Shown: positions 23,905 through 36,621 of the stretch, one piece after another
Numbering within the stretch: the stretch's first letter is position 1
How the letters are laid out: every line of letters starts with the position of its first letter
From: Eledone cirrhosa
Taxonomy: Eukaryota
Assembly (NCBI GenBank): GCA_964016885.1
Contig: OZ024758.1
Span: 31,992,001 to 32,056,000 of the forward strand
DNA length: 64,000 nucleotides
Direction: 5' to 3'
Translations under genes and position numbers: made by a program
Notes under the pieces: model-generated
The model's database searches: none
What the model was told of the DNA's origin: nothing
What the model saw: only the letters and a program-made list of their open reading frames with translations

Positions 23905-24740
23905 TAACACAGCAGAGTCCTCAAACACTGCTTCCAGCTGGTCCTGTCAGAAGCAACTGTCTCCAACTGATCTGGCAGGATCTCCAAGCATGACCAGCCA
24001 AGCTCATGGATGTTATCCAACCATTTTGCTCTGGGTCTCTTGCCGGTAGGTTTTGCTTGTAAAATCTGTCCAGTGATTCTTTCCTGAGACATTCTAACCT
24101 CATACCCATAGTATCGGAGCTGTGATCTCTCAATTCGGAGAAGTAGTGGCTCTTGAAATCACACGCTGATCTCCGAGCTACAAACCTATCTGGCAATTCT
24201 TTCCTATGACATTCTAATCACATACCCTGTGAGATCTCAATTTGGAGAAGTAGTGGCTCTACCTGGATTGACTCTCTGATCTCTGAGTTATGCACTTTAT
24301 GGAGTAACGTTACACCAAAGACCCTTCGGAGGAATCCCATTTCGGCAGCTTGTATTTGTGATCATATTCTTTCGGTCATTACCCAAGATTCATGACCATA
24401 GGTAAGAGCTGGCACGAAAACCAAATTGATGAGTTTGGCTTTTACACCTCCCCCACTTCTTCTGATTTACTGAATATTGAAGCTGGCGCATTACTGCACC
24501 AACTCCTGCAATTCTTGCACTTACTTCCATCACCTTCCATCACTCGTGAACATGGCACCGCGATACTTGAACTTCTCCACCCGATTCAATGGAACTTCAT
24601 GTGTAGTGTGCACTGCTTCTTTGAGAGGATGAACATCTGTTTTTGCAGCACTGATTTCATTCCAGCCATGCAGCACTCCACATCAAACTTATCAAGTGCA
24701 AGTCAAAGATCATGTTCTTTCAAGTTAAGTAACACCATGC
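23905..24740 (-). mobile_element. Decayed RTE LINE with internal partial duplications
   Basis: SQERITGQILQAKPTGKRPRAKWLDNI, repeated blocks CTCAATTYGGAGAAGTAGTGGCTCT, and a VEKFKY-like motif upstream. Confidence 0.7.
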
Positions 24741-24904
24741 CGTCTGCATCCAGCTCTAAAAATCCCAGCCAAAATACAGTTCCGTTTAAGGTACAGTATG
24801 GCCAACTGACTAGACTTGTATCATAATGTGGATGACCCCATCTAACCCATGCAAGCATGGAAAATAGCCTCCACAATGATATGGGTGTTACCTAAATAAA
24901 AGAA

Positions 24905-25046
24905 TGATATAACTGGTTCAAAGATGGCTGCAGATTAGTGGTGAGTGACCTGATATAAACTGGTTCAAAGATGGCTGCAGATTAGTGGTGAGTGACCTGA
25001 TATAACTGGTTCAAAGATGGCTGTAGATTAGTGGTGAGTGACCTGC
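24905..25046 (+). repeat. About 46-bp tandem repeat, 3 units
   Basis: TGATATAACTGGTTCAAAGATGGCTGCAGATTAGTGGTGAGTGACC x3. Confidence 0.95.
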
Positions 25047-25079
25047 ATTCTGGGAGGCTATCAACACAGACTGTAGTTG

Positions 25080-25501
25080 TTATTGAGAAAGTGTGGAACT
25101 TGATAATGAAGAATTATTCGTTGACAAAGTTTGGATCAATAAAAATTCTGCACATTAAAGGATTTGGGCATGCAATGAGTAGCAGTAAAATTTGTGCCTA
25201 AGCTATGCTACTTTCTCAGGAATGACAACAACTTCATGTTGAAGTTGAGCAGGACCTGCTGAATACTGCAAAAACGTTCCTGAACACCATGTTAACTGGA
25301 GGTGAGATGTGGGTGTACAGATACAACCTAGAAACCAAAGCTGAGTCATGACTGCAAGCAAAGTCCAAAAAGAGCATGTCATATGCTGATTGTTGTCTTC
25401 AACTACCAAGGCATTGTGCATTCCAAATACGCACCAGAAGGAAAATCAGTTACAAAGGTATACATTAAGTAGTCATTCAACATCTTTGTGATGCATTTTG
25501 A
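25080..25501 (+). pseudogene. Mariner transposase relic, 5' part (continues at 28586-28842 and after 32228)
   Basis: KTFLNTMLTGGEMWVYRYNLETKAES corresponds to the decayed TGDE.W.Y.Y.PETK.QS motif. Confidence 0.75.
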
Positions 25502-28500
25502 TGTGCTGCTTACCTTGTCAGTCCTACCCTAATTGACATTTATCCATGAAAAAAAAATCTACCTACACTGATTCAGCATTGGGTCTACCAAGAGCTCACC
25601 TGCCGAGACACAATGTCAGACGAAGAGAAAAAGACCCATGCTGTTAAAGAAGCAGGCCCTGTCACTAATCCTTTTCTGCTCACATGACATCAGAACTCTC
25701 ATACTTCCAGCAAGCTCCACGCTTCTGTCCTCTGATCTCAAGATCACCTCACTCAATGTCAAAATCCACCTGGGTGGACGTTGCTCTCTCTGTGATCATC
25801 ACAAGATCAGAGTGTTGCTTGTATCCTCTCCTACATTATCATCTGACAAGCTGATGACCCTGTCGATGTCGAGAACATGGCATTCCATCCACAGAAACAT
25901 TGTTTCAGAAATTCTCAGCTGTCACTGTTCCTTTTCCCTTTTAACATGTGCAAGCACACATTTTGAGACTTGACTCAAACTTCGTCACTAACCTGCATGG
26001 ATGCTGACTCTTTTTCTTCTGCAGGTCACTCTGATACAGTACTTGGATGTTACTAATTTGTACCTGAAAACTGCTTTTTATGGCACCAACTCCTCAGCCT
26101 GTCCTGACTGGTGTGACATAGTGTACCCAAAGCACTGTTTTGATTGGGATGTCGTGTCCCTTTTTCACCGTAACTTTGATTGTATGATGGTGTCTCTCCA
26201 TTTCCACTGGGCCTATATGCCACTCTGCATTTCTTTCAGCACTTGTGCAATTTCATCTACATTTATTGTCTTTATTTCCTTCCATATTGCCATCTGCAGT
26301 CAATCATCAAGAGATATGTATCCTGCTGGTTGTGTGTCACATATACTGCCAATCTTTTCTAGTTGTTCAACTGGAATTTTTCTATCTTGTGTGCATCTGG
26401 TGGAAGTATGGGAGTTTTGACATCTATCCACTCTCATATGTTTTGACATCTATCCACCATGCAGTTTCTTTAGCTCCAGGTTACTCAGCCCATGCCCTGC
26501 GTCATGTGGCACTACCAACCAGGTTTTTTTCATCCTGGGTAGAACATTTCCCTTATTCCTTTGTGAGGGCACAAGGACCACACTCCAGCATTCCTAGCCG
26601 ACACATGATTATCAGCTCTGCTGCTAACCCTTTCCTTTACACTCTCCTCTTGTCGGTGATCACTGATCCCATCCATCAAGTACAGTGGCTGAATCTGTAT
26701 GAATCTCAATTGTGTGCCCCCCCCTCCGTCTCTGAGTCGGATTCACCTTCAGCATGTTGATATGGCTGCAGTCCTTCCTAAGTAATGTCATGTCCTCTAC
26801 TCTTCAACACCCACTATTTTCAGAATAACCCTTACCACTATACTACTAACATCATACCACCTCCCTTTACCTGAGTCCTTTACCCTTACCCTCTCCAGGA
26901 TCTCCTCTATCATAGCCACTGTCCTCTGTCCCCACTTGACATAGTTAGATGCTGTTTTGAGCTACCCCACTAATGGGTAGTCACCCATTAGTCTCCAGCA
27001 GATCAACAATAGTCCATGTCTGTTCATGCCAGTGCTAACTTCTGGGATCCCATTTCCTCTCTGAAATACCAACACACCCAACTTGTCCTTTCACAGCTTG
27101 AGCCCCAGTGCAGCTCCTCCTTCCATTGCTTCCAGTGGTTCTGAGGTCAGTTCAAGGCTCCTTAGATGGCCTATAACCTCTGTTGCTGACACCACTGTCT
27201 CATCCACTAGGATGTATTTTATATACTTATTGAAGACTCCTTTCATGTTGTCTATTTAATCCAGGATAATTTTGAGAACTGTTCCCATAATCTTCAGCAC
27301 TGGATTTCACCTGAATCCAAGCCTGGTCAAACAGTATATCTGGCCCTTATACCTCACAAAGTTGATACTTCCACAATTTCTCAGCCATTTGGATTTGCAG
27401 ATATGTCAATTTCAAATCAAAGATTGTGGAATTCCTCATAATCTGACTCCACTCTCACAAAGTTTCCCCGCAGATGTCTGTAACCTTACGGTCCATTGGC
27501 ACAATATGTGGTCATTCAACTCCCCAAAGTCCAATACCAGCTTAACTTTGTTTTTCATTGGCAGTACAACTTCTATTAGAGGCAACACCTTCCTCTTCAC
27601 CTCCCCCTTGCAGGGCTTTAGAAAACCCTCTTCAATCCTTTCCATTTCTCTCTTAAATCCTCTCTTGGCACCCACTTTCAGGGTAGGCTCATGGCAACTC
27701 ACTTTGCTTCTTAACGTCGGACCTCTCCCTTCCAGAACCCCTCAACTGTCCACTGTTCACCATGGAACACAACCTGGCAGTCCTTGCCTTCAAATGTGAG
27801 CAGCATTCCTTTCCTCAGGTCTTTTCCCACTCTATTGCTGCACACTCATGGTACATCATGCCTTTCTACACCAAACACTACTCCATCCTCAGTGACAGAA
27901 ACCCCGCCCCAGACAGCCAATAATATCCTTGCACATCACTATATCAAACCCATCTACAACATTGTCGATCACATTGATTGCAACCTAGTTCTGTTAACTT
28001 CCATAGCTGCCTAAGTTACAATCATCGTTCAATATTGAGACATAGGTTCTAGCAATCAATTCACCCATGGACATCGTTTTGCTACCCAGAAACTACTGCA
28101 GACTCACAGATAAGTTGTCAGGGAGGCCATTAATGAACGCCAGCTTCCCCATTCTTTCCAGCTTCTCTTCTTTAAATCTAGACAATATAGCCAATCTCTG
28201 GACTTCTGTCGCATACACGTCCATATGCTCTCCCGCGAACTTCACCCTTCCAAGTTTGGCAAATGCAACAAATGGCTCTTCCGTGACCGCTTCTTTCAGA
28301 TGCTCTTCAATCTTCTCTCTATCTAGTTGGACCATATAGAACCATAAAGTCTGCCACATCTCCAATGTTTTTCATCCTTATCACCGCTTATTTTTCGAAT
28401 CTAGGCTTTCACATCTCCCCAGACATGTGGAGAAGGAAAAAGAAAATGGACAGAGTCCGAAATAGCTTGTGAAATATGAGATGTAAATTTGTTTATTTCA

Positions 28501-28585
28501 CTGGTCCTCTAATTGTCACTCTAATCCAGCGGCATAAATCCATGAAAAGATCCAAATCATTGGGTTTACCTAGAGCTTGCCCACA
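25502..28585 (-). mobile_element. Decayed Gypsy-like LTR retrotransposon inserted in the mariner
   Basis: Gag-like segment 28093-28365 (AFINGLP), RT-like VLPLIEVV...KVKLVLDFGELN. Degenerate direct repeats (CATTGGGTYTACCWAGAGCT near 25578 and 28558) and TG...CA ends. Confidence 0.65.
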
Positions 28586-28842
28586 GTGCAAAATGTTTTG
28601 GCCTTACAAAACTGGCAGCTGTATCATGACAACTTTCTGGCTCATTTGTCTGATCCAAGGTTTCTTGGTTAAGCAAAGCATTTTTGAACATTTACCAGGC
28701 TCCCTACTCTCATGGCTCTGGATGTTCCCAAAAATAAAGAGACCATCGAAAGGTTTCTGCTTTGAGTACTAGGAGAACACCATGTGGACTGCTATTTCAG
28801 AAGAAGCATTTCAGATGTGCTTTAAATAGTGGAAGGATCACT
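28586..28842 (+). pseudogene. Mariner transposase relic, 3' part
   Basis: NWQLYHDN (second catalytic Asp), QAPYS (PYSPDL-like) and EEAFQMCFK*WKD. Confidence 0.7.
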
Positions 28843-31800
28843 TACTTACTTGTACTTGTACTTGTGTCGACATTCACTCTGGACAGGTTGAGCCGGCTTC
28901 TTCCCTTGTCCTGACGGCATCCCGAACCATGGCAGCCCACGCACGACGGGCTAGGTCACTGGAGATAGCGAGCCAGTCACGGTTCCATCGTCGCAGGCCG
29001 ACCACCTGCAGACCTGAGAGTTCGGAGAGGTCCTCCTTGATCGTCGTTGCCCAGGTCTTCAGCTGCCCACCAACGCGCTAACGCCAGTTAGAGAGGAGAA
29101 CATTGAGGATCAGCTCACCCTCAGGGCGCCGGGCTGCGTGACCAAACCATCTCAAGTGCCGTTGCAGAAGCACCGTAGGAAGGGGTCGAAGATTCAGGCG
29201 AAGACGAAGACTGGTGGTAGGTACCCGATCAACGCACCGGCAGCGAAGAATGCAGCGGAGATAGTCATTGTCGAAGACCTCCAGCCCTCGTTGATCGACT
29301 ACCCTCATAGGCCATGTTTCACAGCCATAGAGGAGGATAGTGCGAACGACGGCCTGGTAGAATCACCCTTTGGTCGCCGAGGTGATCTCTCTTCTGTCCC
29401 ACAGACACCGCTGGAGGCGCCCAAAAGCGGATCTGGCAGCACCTATGCGACGCTTGACCTCGGCTGCGCCCTGTCCCGTTGGAACCACTGTTGAGCCCAG
29501 GTAAACGAAGGACTCCACATCCTCCAGGTACACACCCTCGAGAGATATCGGCTGCCAGGCATTAGGCGAGACCAGTGACGTCATGACTTTCGACTTGACG
29601 GCATTGATTCGTAGACCAACAGCGGTGGCTGCAGTGTGCACCCCTTCGAGAGCACCCTGTACATCTGTACCGTTAGCGCCCATCAGCACGATGTCATCCG
29701 TGTAGGCCAGGTCCGTCACCACAACCCCTCTTCCGACCTCTACGCCCGGGTAATCCCGGAGCGCTGTGTTGAGAGTGTAGTCAATGGCGTAGTTAAAGAA
29801 CACCGAACACCGGTCCCAACATCGAACGACTCCGTCTCCCCACCATAGACCCTCACTTGAGCCCGAGTCGACCGGTAGTAGCCTTGTATGAGACGAAGCA
29901 GCTTCATTGGGATGCCGTCCGCCTGCATTATACGCCATAGGGCTTCCCGATCTACCGTGTCGAAGGCAGCTGCAAAGTCGATGAAGCAGAGGACGGTAGG
30001 CTGTTGATGTGCCCACCGTTGTTCCAGGACACGCCGGAGAATGAAGATTTGATCAACGCACCCCCTCCCCGGGAGGAGCCGCCCTGAGAAGGGCGGGTAC
30101 GGACATCACGGATGGTCTGGAACCTCTTCAGCAGAAGAATTGCGAAGGTTTTGGCAGTAACGTCAATTAAACTGATACCCCTGTAGTTGGAACAGTTTCC
30201 TGTCGCCTTTTTAAAGAAGGGTAGGAGAGTTGCCTCGCTCCAGTCACCAGGGAACCGCTCCGTCGCCCACACCGAGGAGAAGACTCGATGGAGCCAAGCT
30301 GCGAAGACATCAGGCATGGCCTTGTAGACCTCAGCTGGAACGCCAACTTTGCCCGGAGCCTTGCTGTTCCGGAGATGTGTCAGGACACCACGTACCTCCT
30401 CCACCGTTGGAGGGGCAGTGCTGCACCCGTATTCTTCTCCGGAAGGCTGCACGTAGGTTGGTGTGGGTGGTGGCGGGTGGTTGAGCAGCTCGGAGAAATG
30501 GCCCCGCCATCGGACTAACCGGTCATTAAGATTGGTAATGACCGACCCGTTCCGATCACAGATCGTCTCGCTGACACCCGTACTGCTTCGGCTGGTCCGC
30601 TTCACCAGTTGGTAGAGCCTGCGCGAGTCACCACAGGCGCTGCTGCCCTCTCCGTCTGCTCCGCAAATTCGCGCCATTGTGCATTCCTTCCGATCGGCCC
30701 GAATAGCCCGAGATGTGCGACGTCGGAGATCTCGAAGATTGGGTGCACCCTCGAGTCGGGCCACTCTCGCCCTCTCCGCGAGTTCAAGAGTGCCGCCGGA
30801 GATCCAGTCCCGATGGCGTCTTCGGGTCGACTCGAGATGCTCTCCGGCCATAACAACCGTTGGCGCCCTGAGCGTGCTCCACTCCTGCTCCGGTTGCTGT
30901 TCCACTTCGTTACTCAGCATTTGGAATCGGTTTCGCAGCTCTAGCCGGAAAGCATTTCCAGCATCGAGCTTGAGTCGCGAGATGTCGATCCTCTTCTGGC
31001 GGTTGGGAGGACCTTTCACCTGCAGCCGCAGACGAAGGGTTGCTCGAACAAGAGTATGGTTTAACCCATGCTCACTGCATGTATCAGCCCCCCTCCCTCC
31101 GATACGCACGCGAGTCCATCACTGAGCTGGCCCACCGAGATCTGACCAGGATGTAGTCAATCTGATTGGCCGTTCTTCCGTCATTGGATCGCCACGTGAC
31201 GAGGTGACGCCGAGGATGTTGGAACCGGGTGTTAGTGACGATAAGACGATTGGCATCCGTGAAGGACACGAGCCGTTCACCATTGTCACAGCGTACGCCT
31301 AGGGTGAAGCGTCCTAGAATATGCCGTGTTGTATCATCAGCCGGCCCCGTCCGCGCATTCCAGTCCTCAGCGACAATGAGAACATCACTGGAGGGGACGC
31401 CATCCACGGTTGTGTGGATATCGGCATAGAACTGCGTCTTTTCCGCCTCGTCCGCATTCAGTGTGGGAGCGTAGACGGCAATTACGCTGACGTTGGAGAT
31501 TTGACCCTTCAATCGAACCAGCGCGAGTCGGTGTGAGATCGGCTGCTACGCCAGCAGAGCCGCTTACGTGTCGGGGCCGAGCGCTACACCGACCCCGTGA
31601 AGGCCACTGTTGTCAGTCACGCCACTATGGTACAAGTGGTAGGAGATGTCCTCGCCAGGAACATTGATCGGAAGATGACCAACATCGGGAAGTCGAACTT
31701 CTGAAAGGCAAGCGACACTAACGCAGTAGTTCGGACGTTCCAGCACGCCACCCTCAATTCCTTCCTTCGTCTGAAGAGCGGGACTACTGCGGGAGCAGTC

Positions 31801-32227
31801 TGTAGAGCCATAGCGGTAGGAGCGCTGTTGCTTTGCATTGCGTTCGTAGGGAGAAGGCAATTCGTATTCATAGTTCGTATTTGTAGGATTCATGGAAGAA
31901 GTGTCATGGGAGTAGTGAATTCACAAGCGGTCCCCCAAAAAACCCGCATGTATATCCCGAACGAGGGGAAAACACGTCCTGTTTGCCGCAGATTCTCCAC
32001 AGACGCAGGGCCAGAAACGACCCGACGCCGCCGGTTACCGGAACAGACACCTCTTGGATTTTCACCAGAGCCCCTTTTGCCGGGTTGCGGCCCTAATACC
32101 GCTGGGTGCCAGACCAATCCGCCTTGGGTGGCCCTACCAGGAACCGAAGTTCCCGACGGCATAGCTCTAACACTACCCGTTGCCACCGCCCTGCCACGTT
32201 GAGGAGGGGTTGAACTTTAGGTTGGGA
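28843..32227 (-). mobile_element. Apparently full-length GC-rich RTE LINE (APE + RT), frameshifted
   Basis: WNVRT, CLSEVR, DWNAR, NQIDYIL (APE); NYRGISL, AAFD, LAYTDD, FVYLGS (RT). Short-repeat tail TACAAG/TAAG and a 12-bp TSD GGAAGGATCACT at 28831-28842 and 32228-32239. Confidence 0.95.
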
Positions 32228-32854
32228 GGAAGGATCACTCAAAAGGATTCATTGAAAAGGGATTAGCAATTTAACACAACCAAAGGTATCTTGTTTCTCT
32301 TAGCCTAAGTTTGGGTACTTTTCAACAGACTTCATATATATAATATATATGTAATGTGTATCTCTATAATATATATATATAAATGGAACCATAATTACTT
32401 ATGGGATTGTAGGGACACCAGAGTGACATACTGAGTGTTTTGGGCATTTGAAACCTAGCAGAGCCCATCCAAAATGATTTCTTCAAGAGAAGGAGAGCAA
32501 GGGAATGAAAGGTAACGAGGAAGAGATTTAGAGGAAGAATTGACCCCAGTAAGTTGACCATAGCAGGATTTGAACCGAGCGAGTCAGAAGTAGTACCACT
32601 ATCCAACGGAACTGTTCTGGTAGAGAATGGGTCAGAGGTGGCAGATAACGACCACCAGACATGATGGTTAGTTGCAATATAAATGGGCAGCTGCTTGACG
32701 AATAAGCAACCCTGGACCAACAGCTGTAAACAACAACTATGCCTATTTCTCTTATATATATTGTCAACATGAATGGACCTATTATTTTTATCTAAAGACA
32801 TTTTTTCCAATTCCATCCCGCCCGTCCCCTCAATCTATTTTATTTCTCATTCTT

Positions 32855-32890
32855 TCTTCTGATGAAGGACTAGCGTCCGAAACGTTAAGA
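32855..32890 (+). ncRNA. Minimal type I hammerhead ribozyme
   Basis: TCTT CTGATGA A GGAC TAGC GTCC GAA ACGT T AAGA: stem I TCTT/AAGA, stem II GGAC/GTCC, palindromic stem III. Confidence 0.8.
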
Positions 32891-33320
32891 CCCTCTTCTT
32901 GCTATATCAAGTGTTAACCTAATAAATACCTTCCATATACTGTACCGATTGTATTGTTATTTCTGTTTACCTTTTACATATATATATACAGGTTTACATA
33001 TATATAAACAGGTTTATGTTTTGAAGTTCCGCCCGATCTGCTGAAAAGGTTTGAATTTTGAAATTTAAACTTGTCTAGGCACCAGGCAGTTGCCATTTTA
33101 CGTCTGTAAGTATAGATTTAATATTTAATATTCTCTAGATCGATACAGACGGACTATATGTACTTGAATTAAGGTATTTCTATCTGGCTAAAAAATTATT
33201 GTCATTTTGTCATTTTGCAAAAAAAACACAGTAGTGTTGATCATATATTTTTTTAAATTGTAATGTAATGCTCAGAAGTATTTTCTTAGAGCTTAATATT
33301 TGTAACTGACTACTAAACTG

Positions 33321-33359
<39 letters not shown>

Positions 33360-33366
<7 letters not shown>

Positions 33367-33690
33367 ATAATAATTAATTTGAAGACTAAAATCCAAAGAG
33401 GGTTCGATAAGGATAAATATATATCAAATATATAAGAACCGTAGAGCAAATATTTATTAAAATAACAGATTAAAGTTTAAGCAAAGAATCGCTGCTTTCA
33501 CCCTTAACGGGATCGTCTGAAACTAACAAATTCAATCTGTGAACGCAGAAGTGAATATTTCAAAAAACGTTGCAACCGGAGGAAGACAGGAAGACGATAC
33601 TTTGGTTCGTGGAAACGTTCCCTGGCAAAGAACGGGAAAAAACGAATATAATACGTCATTAATTGGAGCGGTGAAAAACAATGACTCTGC
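33360..33690 (+). repeat. Unclassified dispersed repeat (also 35105-35430 on +, 47865-48165 on -)
   Basis: Shared block GAAGACTAAAATCCAAAGAGGGTTCGATAAG...CCCTGGCAA. Each copy begins next to TA repeats. Confidence 0.85.
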
Positions 33691-34021
33691 ATCAAGATCT
33701 TTGCAGTTGTACAGAAGACCCGACTGCCATTGCATACAAACCTACAGTCAGTAGGCACCTCTTAACCCAATGTAGATCCCACCCCATACACCCTACCCAC
33801 CCTCCGTCCACTGTGTCGATGACACAACAGTCCACACTGTAATGTGGTGAAAAGGCTCCCAGTCCACATTGTAAATGTGGTTGGTGTTAGGAAGGGCATC
33901 CAGCTGTAAAAAACCTGCCCGAGACACTTCCGTATAAGCGAGACTAGGTCTCTGCATCAAATGCAACAAAGCCGTCTAACCCATGCTAACGTGGAAGATG
34001 GACGTTAAACGTTGATGATGA

Positions 34022-34410
<389 letters not shown>

Positions 34411-34702
34411 AATTAGCGAGAATCGTATTTCGGCTATTGGAAATTAGCGAAAAACAACTTTCGAGATGTGTGGCAAGCGCTCCATAGAAGCTAGTGAACT
34501 AGAGCATCAACATAAGTTAAAAGGCCAAACACACTGAGACGATGGTTAAACCATTATCCGCACAGCCATAGAATTCGGGTCAAGTAATTCGGGTCAAACA
34601 AATAAAATATGATTGAAAATTATACCCGGACCCCTGGAAGGTTGGTAAAATCGAGCATTTGGGTTTCTGCAACTCCTAAATCAAGTACTGTCTGCTTAGA
34701 CA

Positions 34703-34950
34703 AATAATTGTTTCTACTTTTGGCACAAGGCCATCAATTATCCCAGTGCATTACTGGTACTTTATTTTATCGACCTCGTAAGGATGAAAGGCAAAGTCAA
34801 CCTCGGCGGGATTTGAACTCAGATCGTAAAGGGACGTAACTATGCTGGAAAGCATGGTGTCTGACCCTCCACCGATACTGCCAATCCACCGCCAATACTG
34901 GTGTCTGACCCTCCACCGATACTGCCAATCCACCACCGATACTGCCAATC
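34703..34950 (-). mobile_element. Nin-domain SINE with tandemly duplicated head
   Basis: Nin core and B box on the minus strand. TGGTGTCTGACCCTCCACCGATACTGCCAATCCAC is repeated. Confidence 0.85.
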
Positions 34951-36039
34951 TGCTTAGACAAATAATGTTAAGCTTTTGGTAAGATGATCGAACAAGGATG
35001 TCACTTTCTCAACAGGCTTTTAGTTCAAGTGCCAAGCGAAGGACTGACCGTTATCAAAACACACGTGGGACTCGACAAGGGGGGCAACCCTTAGTTAAAA
35101 TATATATAGTAATAATAATACATGTGAAGACTAAAATCCAAAGAGGGTTCGATAAGGATAAATATAATATATCAAGTATATAAGAACCGTAGAGCAAATA
35201 TTTATTAAAATAACAGATTAAAGTTTAAGCAAAGAATCGCTGCTTTCACCCTTAACGGGATCTTCTGAAACTAAAAGAAAATCAATCTATGAACGCAGAA
35301 GTAAATATTTCGAAAAACGTTGCAAGCGAAGGAAAACAGGAAGACAATACTTTGGTTGGTGAAGACGTTCCCTGGCAATGAACGAAAAAAAAACGAAGAT
35401 AGTACATCGTTATGTGGTGCGATGAGAACAATTACACGCAAAGACAAAACACATTTATGGTATTTCATTTCATTTCATTTGAGTCGTAGACTAATATACT
35501 ATTTAGGAAACCGATTGATTCTCGGCTTTGGAGTTAAGAATAATGTAAATAAATTAGTAGAACGAAAATGACATGTTATTAGAATCATAAAAGTAATAAT
35601 AATTAAATATATATATACACAATATATATATACGTACATATATGTGCATACGTGAAAACACCCGCCATGCATGCATATACATGCATGTACATATAAACAT
35701 GCGCACACATACATACACCCGCACGACACACGTATACACCAAATCATCATCATCACCATTTTACGTCCGTTCTTCCACGCTAGCATGGGTTAGACAGGTT
35801 GTCCTGTTGTGGGCAGTGTCCGGTCGGCTGACCTTGTCTTGATCATACGGGAACTTATTCTGACTTGATTTCTACAGCTGGATACCCTTCCTAACACCGA
35901 CCTCATTTACAGTGAGTGCTGGGTGCTTTTTTCTGTGGTGCCTACACGTCCACTTTACAGAGTGGGCTGGGTGTTTTTTTTGCCATAGCATCCCCACACT
36001 TTGCAGTGGAATGATAGGGACCCCAGTCCTATCATCTTA

Positions 36040-36181
36040 TTTCTACAGCTGAGTAAACTGGAGCAATGTGAAATAACGTGTCTTGCTCAAGGAAACAAGA
36101 CATCACCCGGTCTGAGAATTGAACTCACAACCTTTCGATTACAAGACCTATGCTCTAACCACTAAGCCATGTGCCTTCACC
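36040..36181 (-). mobile_element. tRNA-derived SINE (second family)
   Basis: A box TGGCTTAGTGG, B box GAGTTCAATTC, core CCTTGAGCAAGACAC. Confidence 0.7.
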
Positions 36182-36621
36182 AAATACGCATAAGAATATA
36201 TATATGTGTGTGTATACAACATATAATTATATAAACGTATATAAATATACACACATAAATACGTATATAACACACGCGCACACATACCTACAGGTAGATA
36301 CACATATGTTCACCAAACATACGTCAACCATAAATCAAAGTACACATATACACACCTTACAAACGTGCAAACACGCATACACGCATACACACACAAACAC
36401 AAAATACACATATACACATAACCATATATACACATATACCAGTATATATAATATAAGATATACACCTATAACAAATACAAGCATATACGTACGAGAAAGT
36501 ATACGTACCTTCACAAAACATACAGGTAAGGTATATTTACTTATACAAATAAGTAATGGTAAAAACATAAAATATACTTAGCTACCACATCGAGATGTAA
36601 ATTATCCGCGTATTGTTCGTA

